Below, piece after piece: positions 41,401-54,670 of a stretch of 64,000 nt of DNA. Under the pieces are notes generated by a model. It was given only the letters and a program-made list of their open reading frames with translations. It had not been told where the DNA came from and searched no databases. A program made the translations under genes and the position numbers. This stretch comes from Amoebophrya sp. A120 (lineage: Eukaryota > Protista > Dinoflagellata), in contig CAJINV010000002.1 of NCBI GenBank assembly GCA_905178155.1, positions 11,283,184 to 11,347,183 on the forward strand, in the 5' to 3' direction. Positions within the stretch are counted from its first letter, which is position 1; every line of letters begins with the position of its first letter.

Positions 41401-42722
41401 AGAAAGAAAAATGAAATTTGTATTGCTAATTCAGGTAAAAAGGTAGGTTTGTCATGCAAGATTACAATTAGTACGAGTACGATACTTTTGCACAGGATAC
41501 CCCGACGGAGACTTCGATGTCCGCAACCCGGGAAATCGGATCTCGTCCTCCAGGTCAAAGCGAAACAAGTCGGCGGTCCCTGGCATATGGAACGTTAATA
41601 CTCAGGCGGAATTTTCTGTATCCTGATGAACAGTCTTTCGACGATGCGTTCTTTTCGCTTCAATTTGTATGTATCAAAATCGTATTTCTACTTCCGACCC
41701 TTTGAGCCTCTTGAAGATGAGAAGCTGCGTCGTTGCGCCACGAACAAACCTGTTCCGCCGATAAGTACAGCGAAAAGCACCAGCTGGCGCTTTTGTTTCT
41801 CCTCGCATGATCTGCAAAAAAACTGCTCGAGCAAGTTAATAATTTGCTTCGAATCGAACGGCAAAGATCGCCATTTGCTGCTCAAATAAACATATATCCG
41901 ATTTGACAAGGGTAGGGCGAAAAGAGGTACGTCCAACCAGGGTCGTGTGTAAGTGTGATCGTTACCGATCGGTGAAGAGAGCCTGCATGCCAGATTTTTA
42001 CTAGGAACATCTCTTTCGTTCACATCAAAATGAAATTCCCACCACCTGAAGATGTTTTGATACGGTGCGAAAAAATCATCCTGGTCGTGTTCATCCATTC
42101 CGTCAAGGCACGCAAAAGGGTCCTGGTCCAGCACTTTTGGGAAAAAAGAGGAATCATCTTCCTGCAAAGTCCCCGCCTCCCTGGAGGACGAGGCGGTACC
42201 AATACCACCGTGACCGAATCTGCCAGGTGGAGGTGGTGCGTCGGTCTTGAATCCAAAATCGAAGTTCGGCTCTGCATCAAAAGGGTCGCTGCCAGGAGCC
42301 GCTCCCGCGACGTCCAAGGTGGGAAACAAAGCGTCCTCCTCCTGCGCGTCAAAAGTGGCGAAGTCCTCGACTTGTTCTGCCGTGGGAAAGGCTGCAAAGT
42401 CAATGCTATCTCCCGTCTCATCCTCGACACTAAAATTCATAGCGCCATCTAATGCAGCATCACTGCCCACAACTACGCCAAGGCCAGAGGGAGGATTTTT
42501 GCCCTCGTTCTGCTGGTGTTCGTCGGCTGTTGCAGTTTCCGAAGGCATGGCGGGAGCGGCAGGAATATTGAACGTGGCGGAAAATAAATCATCAGCATTG
42601 TTCGTATCGGACTGGCAAGTGGATGAGGTGAATGTATCCTCGTCCGATTTTTCATCTGCAAGCGCACCAGACGGCCAAGATCCGGCGCCGTGGCCGCCCT
42701 GAGGAGCTCCTTGTCCACTCAT
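35484..42722 (-). CDS. Large multi-exon protein (or two adjacent genes) of unknown function with an acidic N-terminus
   Basis: Chain of minus-strand ORFs (41688-42722, 40784-41356, 39703-40395, 38120-38500, 37477-38055, 37041-37259, 36174-36392, 35484-36047); in-frame joins checked at 41350-41499, 40278-40427 and 36038-36211. Confidence 0.55.
38701..39678. mobile_element. 978-bp non-autonomous TIR element, apparently nested in an intron
   Basis: ~55-bp imperfect TIR tatggggtcgtcaacgttgtatttgcctca / tatggcgtcgtcaaacttgtatttgcctca; exact TSD gaaac at 38696-700 and 39679-83. Confidence 0.9.
40278..40427. mobile_element. Family-A introner, orientation opposite to 25064 and 41350; TSD agggg
   Basis: tatcctgtgcaaaagtatcgc ... 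tacgatagttttgcagttcata; exact TSD; joins LEVTP|FSFVHQ. Confidence 0.93.
41350..41499. mobile_element. Family-A introner, TSD ccccg
   Basis: tatgcattgcaaaagtatcgtactagtac ... gtacgagtacgatacttttgcacaggata; exact TSD; joins KSPSG|GVGGG. Confidence 0.94.
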
Positions 42723-44093
42723 CGAAGGACTTCCGAGGAAGCAGTGGAAAGTGTTGCTTTTCTCAGTTATTTGCTTTCGTATGTGATGAGGATTTCAGAC
42801 ATAGAAGATCTTGTCCAGGTGAAAATAATTTATACCGAATTTTTAATTTATTAAACTTCAGAAGAAAGCGTGGTGCGCCTCGCTTGAAAGATGATAAAAG
42901 AGACTTCTAAGTATGCGTACAATGAAGGAAAGCTCCAGTGGCCCTGGCACTGGTGTCCGTGCAGCACAGCCTACCTGATAAGCATAGAAGGCGTGGCCGC
43001 GGAAGCAGGCCGCAATACAACTATGCCGCCTGACCAAGAGGTGATGCTTCCGTTGTGCCCAAGAGCAAGACTGAGTCTGAGCCTGACCATGATCTCGATC
43101 AAATGAAAAAAGGTATATCTGACTACAAGAGCCTAGAAATCTACGAGGGGCCCCTTCCATCATATATTGAGCGATACCGCGAACATCAAAGCTTCTATTT
43201 TATGTGTAGTCGTCATTGCACTGCGTACACACAAACAAAGAAGCTGCTGGGAATAAAGATGAACATAAAGAGAACGACAATAAATATAACGAAGAAGCAT
43301 CTTCATCAGTTCGAGCGGCCGCGTAATCTTGTTGGGTCTAAACCTTGTCATTTGCTTTTGGGACCTATTGCATTTGGAGCTCCCACCCAGCACTTGCCTT
43401 ATTTTTCGAACTAGCTAGACCGCGAGGGAGAAAAAGGGTTTTTTTTACTGGTGTGATTCACATTCTTAAAGTGGCGATTTTTTGCACGACGGAAAAAGTG
43501 CAGCGGGTTCATCATCTTACGGGAGATAACGTCAAGATACACAAATGACTGCGCAATATCCATGCCTCGAAAGGTATGATTTCATTTTCAAAGCCGCTCT
43601 GCCCTCGAATGTAGTAGGATAGGCTTTTCATTTTCATTCACACTTTTTTCATATTTTTATTTCTGGTGAAGATGGCCCTGTTGCGCACCAAGACAGCGCC
43701 TCGCTTTTGCATACAGCGAAGATAACGGCTATCAGTCGAGCCGTTTGCGCCCATTGAAAATTCGGGTCGTGATGAAAGCCATAGTGCTATCACGTGTTAA
43801 AACATGGACGCCCACCCAACTAAGCAACGAAAGTTTTGTTGGTATTGCCTTGGTTCCGCTGCAAAAGTTTTCGCCTTTTGTTTTGTTTCGGGGTAGCTGT
43901 ACATGACAAGTTTCCACCCTCACAACATCATGACATAGCTGGGAGGCAACGAATGAACTAGGTGCACCACAAGGTGGTCGTGGCAACCAGGTATATGAAA
44001 TAAGATGAAGATGTGCCGGAAACTAGTTTGGAAACTGTGACGCTCCCAAAAATCAAGATCAAAAGCCACAGAACGTGCAAAAGTTCATCATTG

Positions 44094-45374
44094 CTAAACA
44101 GAACCCCCCCCCTCGCCTAGAGGTGTAGGAAGGGGTGTCCAAATAACGGTCTTGCTTTCAAGCTGGGTGGTCGTGAGTGTGTTTGCGACGAGATATCCCC
44201 TTTGTACGTGAAATCCGTCCACGAAGTCGCTCGGAGGGCGCTGCTTCACCTTTGCCTCCTTTGGCATTTTCAGTCGCTTGACTCGGACCGCTTCGCTTCT
44301 GTCTCGGTCAACGTCACCACGTGGCACCTTCGCGTCAGAAGCGCCGCGAGGAATATTGTTCTGCTGTGCTACGTATGCGTTGCAAAAAGCGTAACGTCCG
44401 ATACCTCTTCAGATCAAAACGTCAATGGTGGCACGAGATAAATTATTCATTGTCTTCTACGTTTTTGGTATAGTTGTGTAATGGATGCATCAATATTGAG
44501 GTCTACTTCCACCTCTTATTTAGTGCACAATTTTTCGCGAGCTGCAACGTCAGGCCTATAAGTGGTGGTCGTTTTGTACAATCTGTATCTGAATCTATCC
44601 GATTAGGTACGATGCTTTTGTTCGGGATACATCGGCGTCGTCCACGTCCATCCGCGTCGAATTCTTTGTATCAGTTCCCCCGAACTTGGGGTCCGCATGG
44701 CCGTGCGCGGTGCGGGCGACAATGTGCATTTTGTAGGGCTGTTTGCCATGGGGTTTTCTGGTCAGTTGCCATTTGGCCAGGTACTCGACGTTTTTGTAAC
44801 GCAGAGGGAAGAACTCCGGGTTGCGCACCCGGTAGATATTTTGCTTCCGCAGCTGGGGCCAGGGCCCCGCCGGGCACGTGTTTACCCGCGGCGGATAGGG
44901 CGGCGTCCAGTGAAAGGTCCCGTCCCCCTTGCAGGCTAGCGTCCAGTCGCCGGTGTGGATTTTGGGGCGACGGTTCGGCACCTTCCGTCGCGCTTTTAAT
45001 CGACGGTAGTTGGGCGTAGGGTGGCCCTGCTTGAAGTTGGGCATGATGTGCATCCCGGTGAAAGTGTTAAACCACCCGCCCACCGGCTGTGGTGGGTGAT
45101 TCCAGATGCCGCGGTTGCTTTCCCGAAAGCGGTCTGCCGCTTCGGAGGCTTTCCATCGCCGCCCGATTCGCATGTGCATATACATATTCGTGGCACGGCA
45201 ATCTGCATGATTCGGATTCCGCTCTCGGAGGACATCGTGCGTCGGAAATAATGTTGCTTTTTGCACATGCATAAAGTGCTTTCCTGTAGTACAACTTCCG
45301 GGAGGACGTACTACACGATGACAGAGCAAAAAAGAAGGGACGGATCCCGATGGTCCTCCTGCTGGCTTCGGCAT
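44094..45374 (-). CDS. Basic Arg/Lys/Pro/Trp-rich protein, possibly a lineage-specific mitoribosomal protein; exons 45374(or upstream)-44631, 44369-44094
   Basis: 325-aa ORF joined in frame to ORF 44094-44327 after removing introner 44374-44629 (DDAD|AQQNNIPRG). Function is a guess from composition. Confidence 0.7.
44374..44629. mobile_element. Introner
   Basis: tatgcgttgcaaaaagcgtaacgt / tatcccgaacaaaagcatcgt; flanks ctacg/catcg; in-frame join. Confidence 0.78.
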
Positions 45375-46569
45375 TTTCGTGACACTGGTGTAGTCCTTCT
45401 TATGATGAGATGAGCTTGCAGTACGTCGCAGCAGGGTAGAGAGTAACGACTGCGAGGACTCCACCAGTGTCGGCTGGTCCTGAAGCGTTGCGACACGACG
45501 CCAAGAACGAATGATCACGCTGCTTGTTTGAGAACTTTTCCTGGTACGAGGGTGGGAGAAATTGAAATGCATACCATTGAGACGATGGGAGAGCGGAGCT
45601 CATGGATCTTCCAGCGCCACCACGCAGCTGATGCGGTGGGGCTGCGGAACCAGAACGAGGGCAGCGCATCGATGAGAGGTTGTCGCCATGTCCCGCTTGA
45701 GTTTCAGAGCTTCGCCGTGATGAACATACAGCAACACCTTGGCTATTTCATGCGCTCTGGTCGCAAGTTGTTCTTGCGAGGACCTGCATCTTCTTTTCCT
45801 TCCTAATCCTATCGGTGAAGATACACGACAATCACTACATTCACATCTAACAAGTTGCAGCTCTACGCTTTTAGCTCATCTAGAGCTACCAGCCCCATGG
45901 AATGAGGATCACCCTGTGTGGTCTGTGTGCTGCAAAGACTATAGGCATTCATTCTTTTATGTTGTTACCCGTGCGGAAGGTTCAAAATCAAAGGGTACTA
46001 TTACGTAGTTAACACTTCGTGAATTGTGCGCAGGAAAAGGCCGTCAGCAATGCATTTCTGTATAACAAAAACTTTGAACCTGAAGGTAGAGGATCTTCGG
46101 TGGACCACCACCAGATGAGTGAATTACAAGCGGTCCGTACTAGAAGTACGCGAACAGCTCCGGCCAGATAGACTTGATCAGGTACGACAGCCAGAATCAT
46201 GTGGACGCGACAGGTCGAATGTTGCGTGTTCTGGTTCTTGCAAAACATGGAGGCTCGTGGTCGTATCAAAGAGGGCCTGAGAGGGGCGCCGGCTCCAAAA
46301 AAGCTTTTGCCTATCGGAGCGGGCAACGTCGCACACGCAAGCGCAGAAGCCGATGGAACGAAACACAATCGCATCCGTTTTTCTTTGCGACAGCCTGAAA
46401 GAGAAAGAGCTGCGGCCTCGAAAAATTTCGCGCGCCAGACTCGCCTACCCTTTCTCCGAAAAGGATGAGACTAAAGCTCAAGTGGGGTTCCGTTTCGTTT
46501 CCGATGGTTGTGTGGCAGGTCGCTATCTTCCTATCACCCTAGCCAGGCGGCACCAGGGGCCCTGGTTCG

Positions 46570-49500
46570 GAAGCCACGAGAACCGATTCCCCTTTCCCCT
46601 ACGAACGGCCCCGAGTGCCGGCGGGGCTCCCGGCCCAAAAAAAATTAGGCGGGTAGCGCACCCGTATACGCGGCAAAAGCCACAAGAGCCGCCTCCCCTT
46701 TCCCCTACGAACGACCCCGAGTGCCGGCGGGGCTCCCGGCCCAAAAAAAATTAGGCGGGTAGCGCACCCGTAAACGCGGCAAAAGCCGCAAGAACCGCCT
46801 CCCCTTTCCCCTGCAAACGTCCCCGAGTGCCGGCGGGGCCTCCCCCGGCCCAAAAAAAGTAGGCGGCCAGCGAAGCTGTATACGCGACAGAAGCCACAAA
46901 AACTGCCTCCCCTTTCCCTTGCAAACGGCCCCGAGTGCCGGCGGGGCTTCCCCCGGCCCAAAAAAAGTAGGCGGCCAGCGCAGCTGTATACGCGGCAGAA
47001 GCCACAAAAACCGCTTCCCCTTTCGCCTGCAAACTAACGGCCCCGAGTGCCGGCGGGGCTTCCCCCGGCCCAAAAAAAGTAGGCGGCCAGCGCAGCTGTA
47101 TACGCGGCAGAAGCCACAAAAACCGCTTCCCCTTTCCCCTGCAAACTAACGGCCCCGAGTGCCGGCGGGGCTTCCCCCGGCCCAAAAAAAGTAGGCGGCC
47201 AGCGCAGCTGTATACGCGGCAGAAGCCACAAAAACCGCTTCCCCTTTCCCCTGCAAACTAACGGCCCCGAGTGCCGGCGGGGCTTCCCCCGGCCCAAAAA
47301 AAGTAGGCGGCCAGCGCAGCTGTATACGCGGCAGAAGCCACAAAAACCGCTTCCCCTTTCCCCTGCAAACTAACGGCCCCGAGTGCCGGCGGGGCTTCCC
47401 CCGGCCCAAAAAAAGTAGGCGGCCAGCGCAGCTGTATACGCGGCAGAAGCCACAAAAACCGCTTCCCCTTTCCCCTGCAAACTAACGGCCCCGAGTGCCG
47501 GCGGGGCTTCCCCCGGCCCAAAAAAAGTAGGCGGCCAGCGCAGCTGTATACGCGGCAGAAGCCACAAAAACCGCTTCCCCTTTCCCCTGCAAACTAACGG
47601 CCCCGAGTGCCGGCGGGGCTTCCCCCGGCCCAAAAAAAGTAGGCGGCCAGCGCAGCTGTATACGCGGCAGAAGCCACAAAAACCGCTTCCCCTTTCCCCT
47701 GCAAACTAACGGCCCCGAGTGCCGGCGGGGCTTCCCCCGGCCCAAAAAAAGTAGGCGGCCAGCGCAGCTGTATACGCGGCAGAAGCCACAAAAACCGCTT
47801 CCCCTTTCCCCTGCAAACTAACGGCCCCGAGTGCCGGCGGGGCTTCCCCCGGCCCAAAAAAAGTAGGCGGCCAGCGCAGCTGTATACGCGGCAGAAGCCA
47901 CAAAAACCGCTTCCCCTTTCCCCTGCAAACTAACGGCCCCGAGTGCCGGCGGGGCTTCCCCCGGCCCAAAAAAAGTAGGCGGCCAGCGCAGCTGTATACG
48001 CGGCAGAAGCCACAAAAACCGCTTCCCCTTTCCCCTGCAAACTAACGGCCCCGAGTGCCGGCGGGGCTTCCCCCGGCCCAAAAAAAGTAGGCGGCCAGCG
48101 CAGCTGTATACGCGGCAGAAGCCACAAAAACCGCTTCCCCTTTCCCCTGCAAACTAACGGCCCCGAGTGCCGGCGGGGCTTCCCCCGGCCCAAAAAAAGT
48201 AGGCGGCCAGCGCAGCTGTATACGCGGCAGAAGCCACAAAAACCGCTTCCCCTTTCCCCTGCAAACTAACGGCCCCGAGTGCCGGCGGGGCTTCCCCCGG
48301 CCCAAAAAAAGTAGGCGGCCAGCGCAGCTGTATACGCGGCAGAAGCCACAAAAACCGCTTCCCCTTTCCCCTGCAAACTAACGGCCCCGAGTGCCGGCGG
48401 GGCTTCCCCCGGCCCAAAAAAAGTAGGCGGCCAGCGCAGCTGTATACGCGGCAGAAGCCACAAAAACCGCTTCCCCTTTCCCCTGCAAACTAACGGCCCC
48501 GAGTGCCGGCGGGGCTTCCCCCGGCCCAAAAAAAGTAGGCGGCCAGCGCAGCTGTATACGCGGCAGAAGCCACAAAAACCGCTTCCCCTTTCCCCTGCAA
48601 ACTAACGGCCCCGAGTGCCGGCGGGGCTTCCCCCGGCCCAAAAAAAGTAGGCGGCCAGCGCAGCTGTATACGCGGCAGAAGCCACAAAAACCGCTTCCCC
48701 TTTGTTTCCCCTGCGAACGGCCCCGAGTGCCGGCGGGGCTTCCCCCGGCCCAAAAAAAGTAGGCGGCCCGCGCAGCTGTATACGCGGCAGAAGCCACAAA
48801 AATAAACCGCTTCGCTTTCCCCTGCAAACGGCCCCGAGTGCCGGGCGGCGGGGCTTCCCCCGGCCCAAAAAAAGTAGGCGGCCCGCGAAGCTGTGTACGC
48901 GGCAGAAGCCACAAAAGTAAACCGCTTCCCCTTTCCCCTACAAACGGCACCGAGTGCCGGCGGGGCTTACCCCGGCCCAAAAAAAGTAGGCGGCCAGCGC
49001 AGCCGTATACGCGGCAGAAGCCACAAAAATAAATCGCTTCCCCTTTCCTCTGCAAACGGCCCCGAGTGCCGGTGGGGCTTCCCCCGGCGCAAAAAAAGTA
49101 GGCGGCCAACGATTGCAGCTGTATACGCGGCAGAAGCCACAAAAACCGCTTCCCCTTTCCCCTGCAAACGGCCCCGAGTGCCGGCGGGTCTTCCCCCGGC
49201 CCAAAAAAAGTAGGCGGCGAGCGCAGCTGTATACGCGGCAGAAGCCACGAAAACCGCTCCCCCTTTCCTCCGCAAACGGCCCCGAGTGCCGGCGGGGCTT
49301 CCCCCGGCCCAAAAAAAGTAGTGGGCCAGCGCAGCTGTATACGCGGCAGAAGCCACAAAAACCGCTTCCCCTTTCCCCCGCAAACGGCCCCGAGTGCCGG
49401 CGGGGCTTCCCCCGGCCCAAAAAAAGTAGGCGGCCAGCGCAGCTGTAAGTATACGCGGCAGAAGCCAACACAAAAACCGCTTCCCCTTTCCCCTGCAAAC

Positions 49501-50375
49501 GGCCCCGAGTGCCGGCGGGGTTCCCCCGGCCCAAAAAAGGTAGGCGGCCGGCGCAGCTGTATACGCGGCAGAGGCCACAAAAACCGCTTCCCCTTCCCCC
49601 TGCAAACGGCCCCGAGTGCCGGCGGGGCTTCCCCCGGCCCAAAAAAAGTAGGCGGCCAGCGCAGCTGTATACGCGGCAGAATCCACAAAAACCGCTTCCC
49701 CTTCCCCCCGCAAACGGCCCCGAGTGCCGGCGGGGCTTCCCCGGGCCCAAAAAAAATAGGCGTCCAGCGCAGCTGTATACGCGGCAGAAGCCACAAAATA
49801 AACCGCTTCCCCTTTCCCCTGCAAACGGCCCCGAGTGCCGGCGGGGCCCCGCTCCGTCCCTCCCGGCCCAAAAAAAGTAGGCGGACAACGCAGCTGTATA
49901 CGCGGCAAAAGCCACAGGAACCGCCTCGCCTTTCCCCTACAAACGGCCCCCCGTGCCGGCGGGGCTCCCGGCCCAAAAAAAGTACAAGTAGGCGGATAGC
50001 GCAGCTGTATACGCGGCAAAAGCCGCAAGAACCGCCTCCGTTTCCCCTACGAATGGCCCCAAGGGCACGCGGGGCTCCTGGCCCAAAAAAAGTAGGCGGA
50101 TAGCGCAGCTGTATACGCGGCAAAAGCCGCAAGAGCCGCTTTCCCTTTCCCCTACGAACGGCCCCAAGGGCAGGCGGGGCTCCCGGCCCAAAAAACGTAG
50201 GCGGCCCCCGGCGCCTGAGTACCAGGGTCGAGGAACCTCCCCTTTCCCCAAGTGCAGGTGGGGCTCCCGGCCCAAAAAAAAATGTCGAACGACGGGGCTG
50301 CTTACGCAGCAAAAACCAAAAGAACCGCGCCCCCTTTCCCCTACGAACGGCCCCAAGTGCAGGTGGGGCTCTCGG
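46570..50375. repeat. GC-rich tandem satellite, ~35 units of 107-112 bp
   Basis: About 15 identical 112-bp units (47039-48700; the ORF track repeats every 112 nt) flanked by increasingly diverged ~108-bp units that lack the taac insertion. Confidence 0.97.
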
Positions 50376-50935
50376 AACGAGCACGGTAGGTATGCGGCAC
50401 AACATCCCATAACTGCCTGCCCTTTAACATGAAGATGAGAGCCCCAAAGACCAAGTGGGGCCCGGCTGAAGAAAGCGCTTACCTAGCGGAGCGTGCTAAC
50501 GTTAAGCGGCAGTGGCAGATGAGGCCGGCCGCAACAATAATCGCATCTCCAATTCCCTATAGATACGAGGATATTGTGGCGCGCGCGCAGAGGCAACAAC
50601 CGACTACAACATGAAAATAGTAAGTAGAACTATGTCTCGCATGTAATGATATTTTCGCGCTCCGCCTCATAATTGGAAGCCTTTCGGGAGTTATGAAACC
50701 GATGTCGATGATGAACGAAGATCCATTTTCCATGGTTTTTATCTGCGACGCGACAAAGCGCGCTGTTCGTTAGTATCTGCATTGGCGCTCCATCTTTCAG
50801 AGTTACAAATATTCATAGTGTTTATTGTCCTTTGAGTCAGAATCTTGAACTTGATGAAGACCAGGTATGGTATCAAATAGAAACAACCTGTCCTCTTCAT
50901 CTCCGTAGAAGTTCATCTTTGTCAACTGCTTACGA

Positions 50936-53900
50936 CTACACCGGTGGTCTGGTGATTTTCACGTACACGTCGGTACCAAATGTCGGTAGGGACACGAGCT
51001 GAATATCCCCCCCAACCCAATTCAGGTATGCTTGCGTGAGCGGGAGTCCGCAGCCAAACCCGGCCATCGGAAGCATTTCTTCCTCCTCACTGCCTATGCT
51101 AGTTGTACCGGGTGACTCGCCAACTACATTTTCTCCAGATGAACGACCGTCCTCGCTGCTCGAAGCGGCCGAGTCCAACCCGTCGGATGACGCCGAGCTC
51201 CCGCATCACTCTGAAAAGCATGATCGACTCCCACTTTTACCTGAGCAGACAAATTTACACTTGCTTCCAGTTCCACGATGCAGCAAAAATTTTTGTTTTA
51301 ATGAAGCAATTTATTTTTTCCTTGCTTCCGAATAGGCCTCAAAACGCTGAGCAAAGAGCGTTTGTTTTTCGTCACACGCACAGCGGAAGCAGCTTTTCAA
51401 GGCGTTCCTCCTCCTTGCGGTCAGCCTTAGCCTCACACTCACCACGAGTTGCGTTGTTTTCAAGTATCAAATGATTCATCACAAGCTTCCATCATAGTCA
51501 TCGAAGCTTGCCGCGAACGCGACCCAGACGGCCATAAAAACGCTAGCGGTAGCGGAGTAGATGAGGCTGCACTAGCAGGCATGCATGGCGTATAACGGAA
51601 TCGCTACGAACGCAAGTTCCTATGCATTTATTCGGAATATGGTGCGCCTTGTTATGGGGATGTCGCATCTATTCACAGACGATAATGATCCTGCCCCCGT
51701 GCCCGAGGAGTGAAAGTCTGTGACGGGTTTTGCTGTCGTGTACAGGTAGCTCCACACTTTGCGCAACTGCGTTCGCGGAATTCCACCGCCTTCGTCGCTG
51801 ATACGAAGCGTGATAGTGGAGGCAGAGCACGAAAGATCCACGTATATCGTCGATTCGCGCCCAATCTCATGCTCCGCGTCATTCTCGCTAGCCTCCGCTC
51901 GTCTCGCGCCAACACGATCTTCACCGTTGGCCGGAGAACCGATAGGCTCCTGATTCTGGTTATTTTCCGCGACGGCACGTAAAGAGTTTTTCAAGAAGTT
52001 GTCCTATGTGACAATACCATGATCGCCATCAAACGTTTGAGGTGCTTGAGGTGCACGCGCGTGCACAAAGTATGTGCCATGCTATGATCATGGTCGCAGT
52101 CCATGTCAGAGTCCTCGAGTGAATAAATTGATTTTTAAGACAAAATTTTGCTCGGTGTCACGCAGACGCAACACCAACATCAAGAATGGCAACGCAATAT
52201 TTTTCTTTATGATGATTACAGATGGTGGCTACAAGTGGTGATTTTCCATAGGGTAGATCTCGAAAGAGATGTAGTGAAAATACTCGGGCACGAAAGCCAC
52301 GTTTTCCGACGCCGTCGCGGGGCTGTGATTGCGAATTTCGATTCTCGGGGTACAGTGCCGTCGAGCGCGAGCACCCTCGTCAGCATTATTAAGCGACCGC
52401 TTTGCATACAGCTTGGGGTAGTGCATACGGCACATTTCCACGGCCTCGTCAGCGGCCTCCTTCAGAATAGCCAGCAGGTCGCAGTCTGGGTCAATGATAC
52501 CGTGCTGGGACTTTTGCAGTTGCAGGAAGTGGTTTGTCAAAGATTCCGTTCCGATGCGGGACTGGAAAAAAGCTGACATGAAACGGTCGACGCGGCGGTT
52601 ATCTAGGGCGTTCTTGTCAAACATGTCGGCCACTCCGGATATTTATGAAGTACAAAGAAACGAGAAGTATCGCGTGCGGAAGAAAAACGTTGCGGAGAGT
52701 GAAACGCCTGGGATCTATGCGCAACTTGGACTTGCACATCATCCCTTCATACTCTAACTCTACATTCCTAATATTATAAATCTACGCTTTTCAAATGACG
52801 TCCTTGCTCGTGGTTCCGCCAACGCTCCGCAACCAAAAGAATAAAGAACGCATAAATTTTGCCATGCCGAGCCAGAGGATCGGAATCAATACGACAGACG
52901 ATTCTAAAGAGAGCTACTTGTACTTATACATGGGTTATGGTATCATACGTATCATGTAACAAACAATGCCTCCAAATGCTATAGGTAATGCAGGCCTTGC
53001 GCGCGACAAGTCATAGTGTAAATGCGTGCCAGCAAAATTTTTTGTCGTCAATTTGAATTTTCGAAGCAACATACATTTCTTTGGTGGCGCAAGTTTTCTA
53101 CGAGCGGGAGAGATGAGTGGAACCTTCTTCAGCACTTGATGCGGATGGTAGTTCTTACTTTTGCACCGCATAAAATCACGTGTGGCACGATGGACGCGTG
53201 TCGCTTTTTGGTGCCTTCGATGAAATCGAAGAAGCGGTCGGAGTCAGCCGCTTGCAGGTTGCGTAACCGCTTGAATGAATCGCTGTACACCTTTCGCACG
53301 TGTTTCAGGTTCTTCTGCAGTTGCCAACCAGGAAGGCTCTCGATCAGCTTGAGGCGTGTGGCGTACCGGGTAGGAAGCTCCCGCTTCAGAAATTCCTCGA
53401 TGAACTCGTTCTCCAAGGAGTATATCTCGAAGAACGTCAGGGGTGTCAGCTATGCCATGGCACAGAGCTAGTATCTATGTATACAAGTAATGGCAAAGTT
53501 GATTACAACCGCGTCGTGGCAATTGATTTACTTTACAATCAATGACGTGGTGGAACCTCGCAAAGAAAACTTGGTATTGGGCGGGCATTACGAAAATGAG
53601 GCCTCTATTTCATATTACTGTCGACATGTGTTGAGTGTTGTGTGTGTGGATGTTGATGTGACGACACTTCATGTGCGCAACATATCACGTCTTCTGCAGC
53701 AAATTTTAAGATTTCCGCTTCCAAAAGCTCGTCCAGTCGCGCTCTGCTTATCAGCACGTTATCACCATCCTCTGCCGTGGCGGATCGTGACTCATTGTGC
53801 TCGCTGGCCGTGAAGCGAGCGGCTCTGGTCACTCGAAAAAAACGACGGTGCGACGCACTTGCGCTTCCACTAGGATGACTTCTTACCAGAGCGGCAGCAG

Positions 53901-54024
53901 GTCTCCGTACAGCAGATATTCTCGAAATCGACTTTGCTGCACGACCACCAAATAGGCTAGAGACCACTTGTTGCTGGTAATAGTTGGCCCGTTGCGCCAT
54001 CCTTTTCAAGCATACAATCTTCAT
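50936..54024 (-). CDS. PDK: Mitochondrial pyruvate/branched-chain alpha-ketoacid dehydrogenase kinase (PDK/BCKDK family); exons approx. 54024-53686, 53446-53159, ~52640-52257, 51995-~51680, ~51180-50936
   Basis: Motifs ELPTRYATRL, RHASIV, DRFMSAFFQSRIG, FEILKNSLRA, ISDEGGGIP, VWSYLYTTA, PMAGFGCGLPL..AY...GGDIQLVSLPTFGTDVYV; Arg/Ser/Ala-rich presequence. PDK and BCKDK cannot be told apart by eye. Confidence 0.92.
52000..52255. mobile_element. Introner with eroded terminal trinucleotides
   Basis: tgtcctatgtgacaat / taccctatggaaaat; the same geometry restores the conserved FEI|LKNS motif. Confidence 0.72.
53451..53684. mobile_element. Introner
   Basis: tatgccatggcaca / tatgttgcgcaca; flanks tcagc/tcacg; joins AAEDV|TPLTF. 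Confidence 0.8.
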
Positions 54025-54670
54025 GCTCCGCTTGTGTTCGTGATTAACACGGCGGCCCCTCCTACTCCGAGAGGCGTGGGCGTGCCGCGACCGAAAAATA
54101 ACTTGGCTGCTCCTGTCTGTGGCCGCTCAAAATAGGGTGTTGCGGTAAGAGACGCCCGGCCACAATGAGGGCGATGTCGAACGTGAGATGGCACTTCGTT
54201 TCAGAGAGCAGAAAAATGTGATCGCTGTTCGGCAATGTGTGTCACCACAGAAAAAGAATCAATGACGCGGACACACATTCATACACAAGTTGATCGTGTT
54301 CAGTTCTCCTCAAAATATCCGACCGCGTCCTCAGTAAGAATTGACTTTGACCCGCGGCTTTATGATTATGTCTTGCTCATAGTACAACCCTCAACAGACC
54401 GGGGCCGCCGCGGCCGCGACTTAGCCCAATGCACTGACCACGGAAGCTACCACGTGCATGGGGTAGCGAACAGCACAACGCTGTTGAATCGAAAGGAAGA
54501 CAATCACAGCACGATGAGCCGCTACTAGCTACGAGCTTTTCATTTCTTAAAATTCATCACTTTATCCGATCTACGATGAGACCTCGCGAAAATCTATCTG
54601 TTGGTTGTGTCGACGAGTTGCGCGGCGAAGTCAAAACTCGCAAAGATGAGCTCCTCGCAGCAGGTTAGTC

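Noticed and set aside
42891-43414. Plus-strand ORFs that might be a gene or TE relic
   Set aside because: No motif recognised, short, and against the local orientation; cannot be supported.
46570-50375. CRISPR-like array
   Set aside because: Units are contiguous with no unique spacers, no cas genes are present and the context is eukaryotic.
46523-50410. Repeated 87-aa ORFs and a 675-aa ORF
   Set aside because: Translations of the GC-rich satellite; the unit length is not a multiple of 3 and all frames are similarly open.
46300-50680. Satellite enclosed in a TAT...ATA element
   Set aside because: Candidate ends (46312, 46503, 46524, 46532 versus 50411, 50671) give no convincing TIR and no matching 5-bp TSD.
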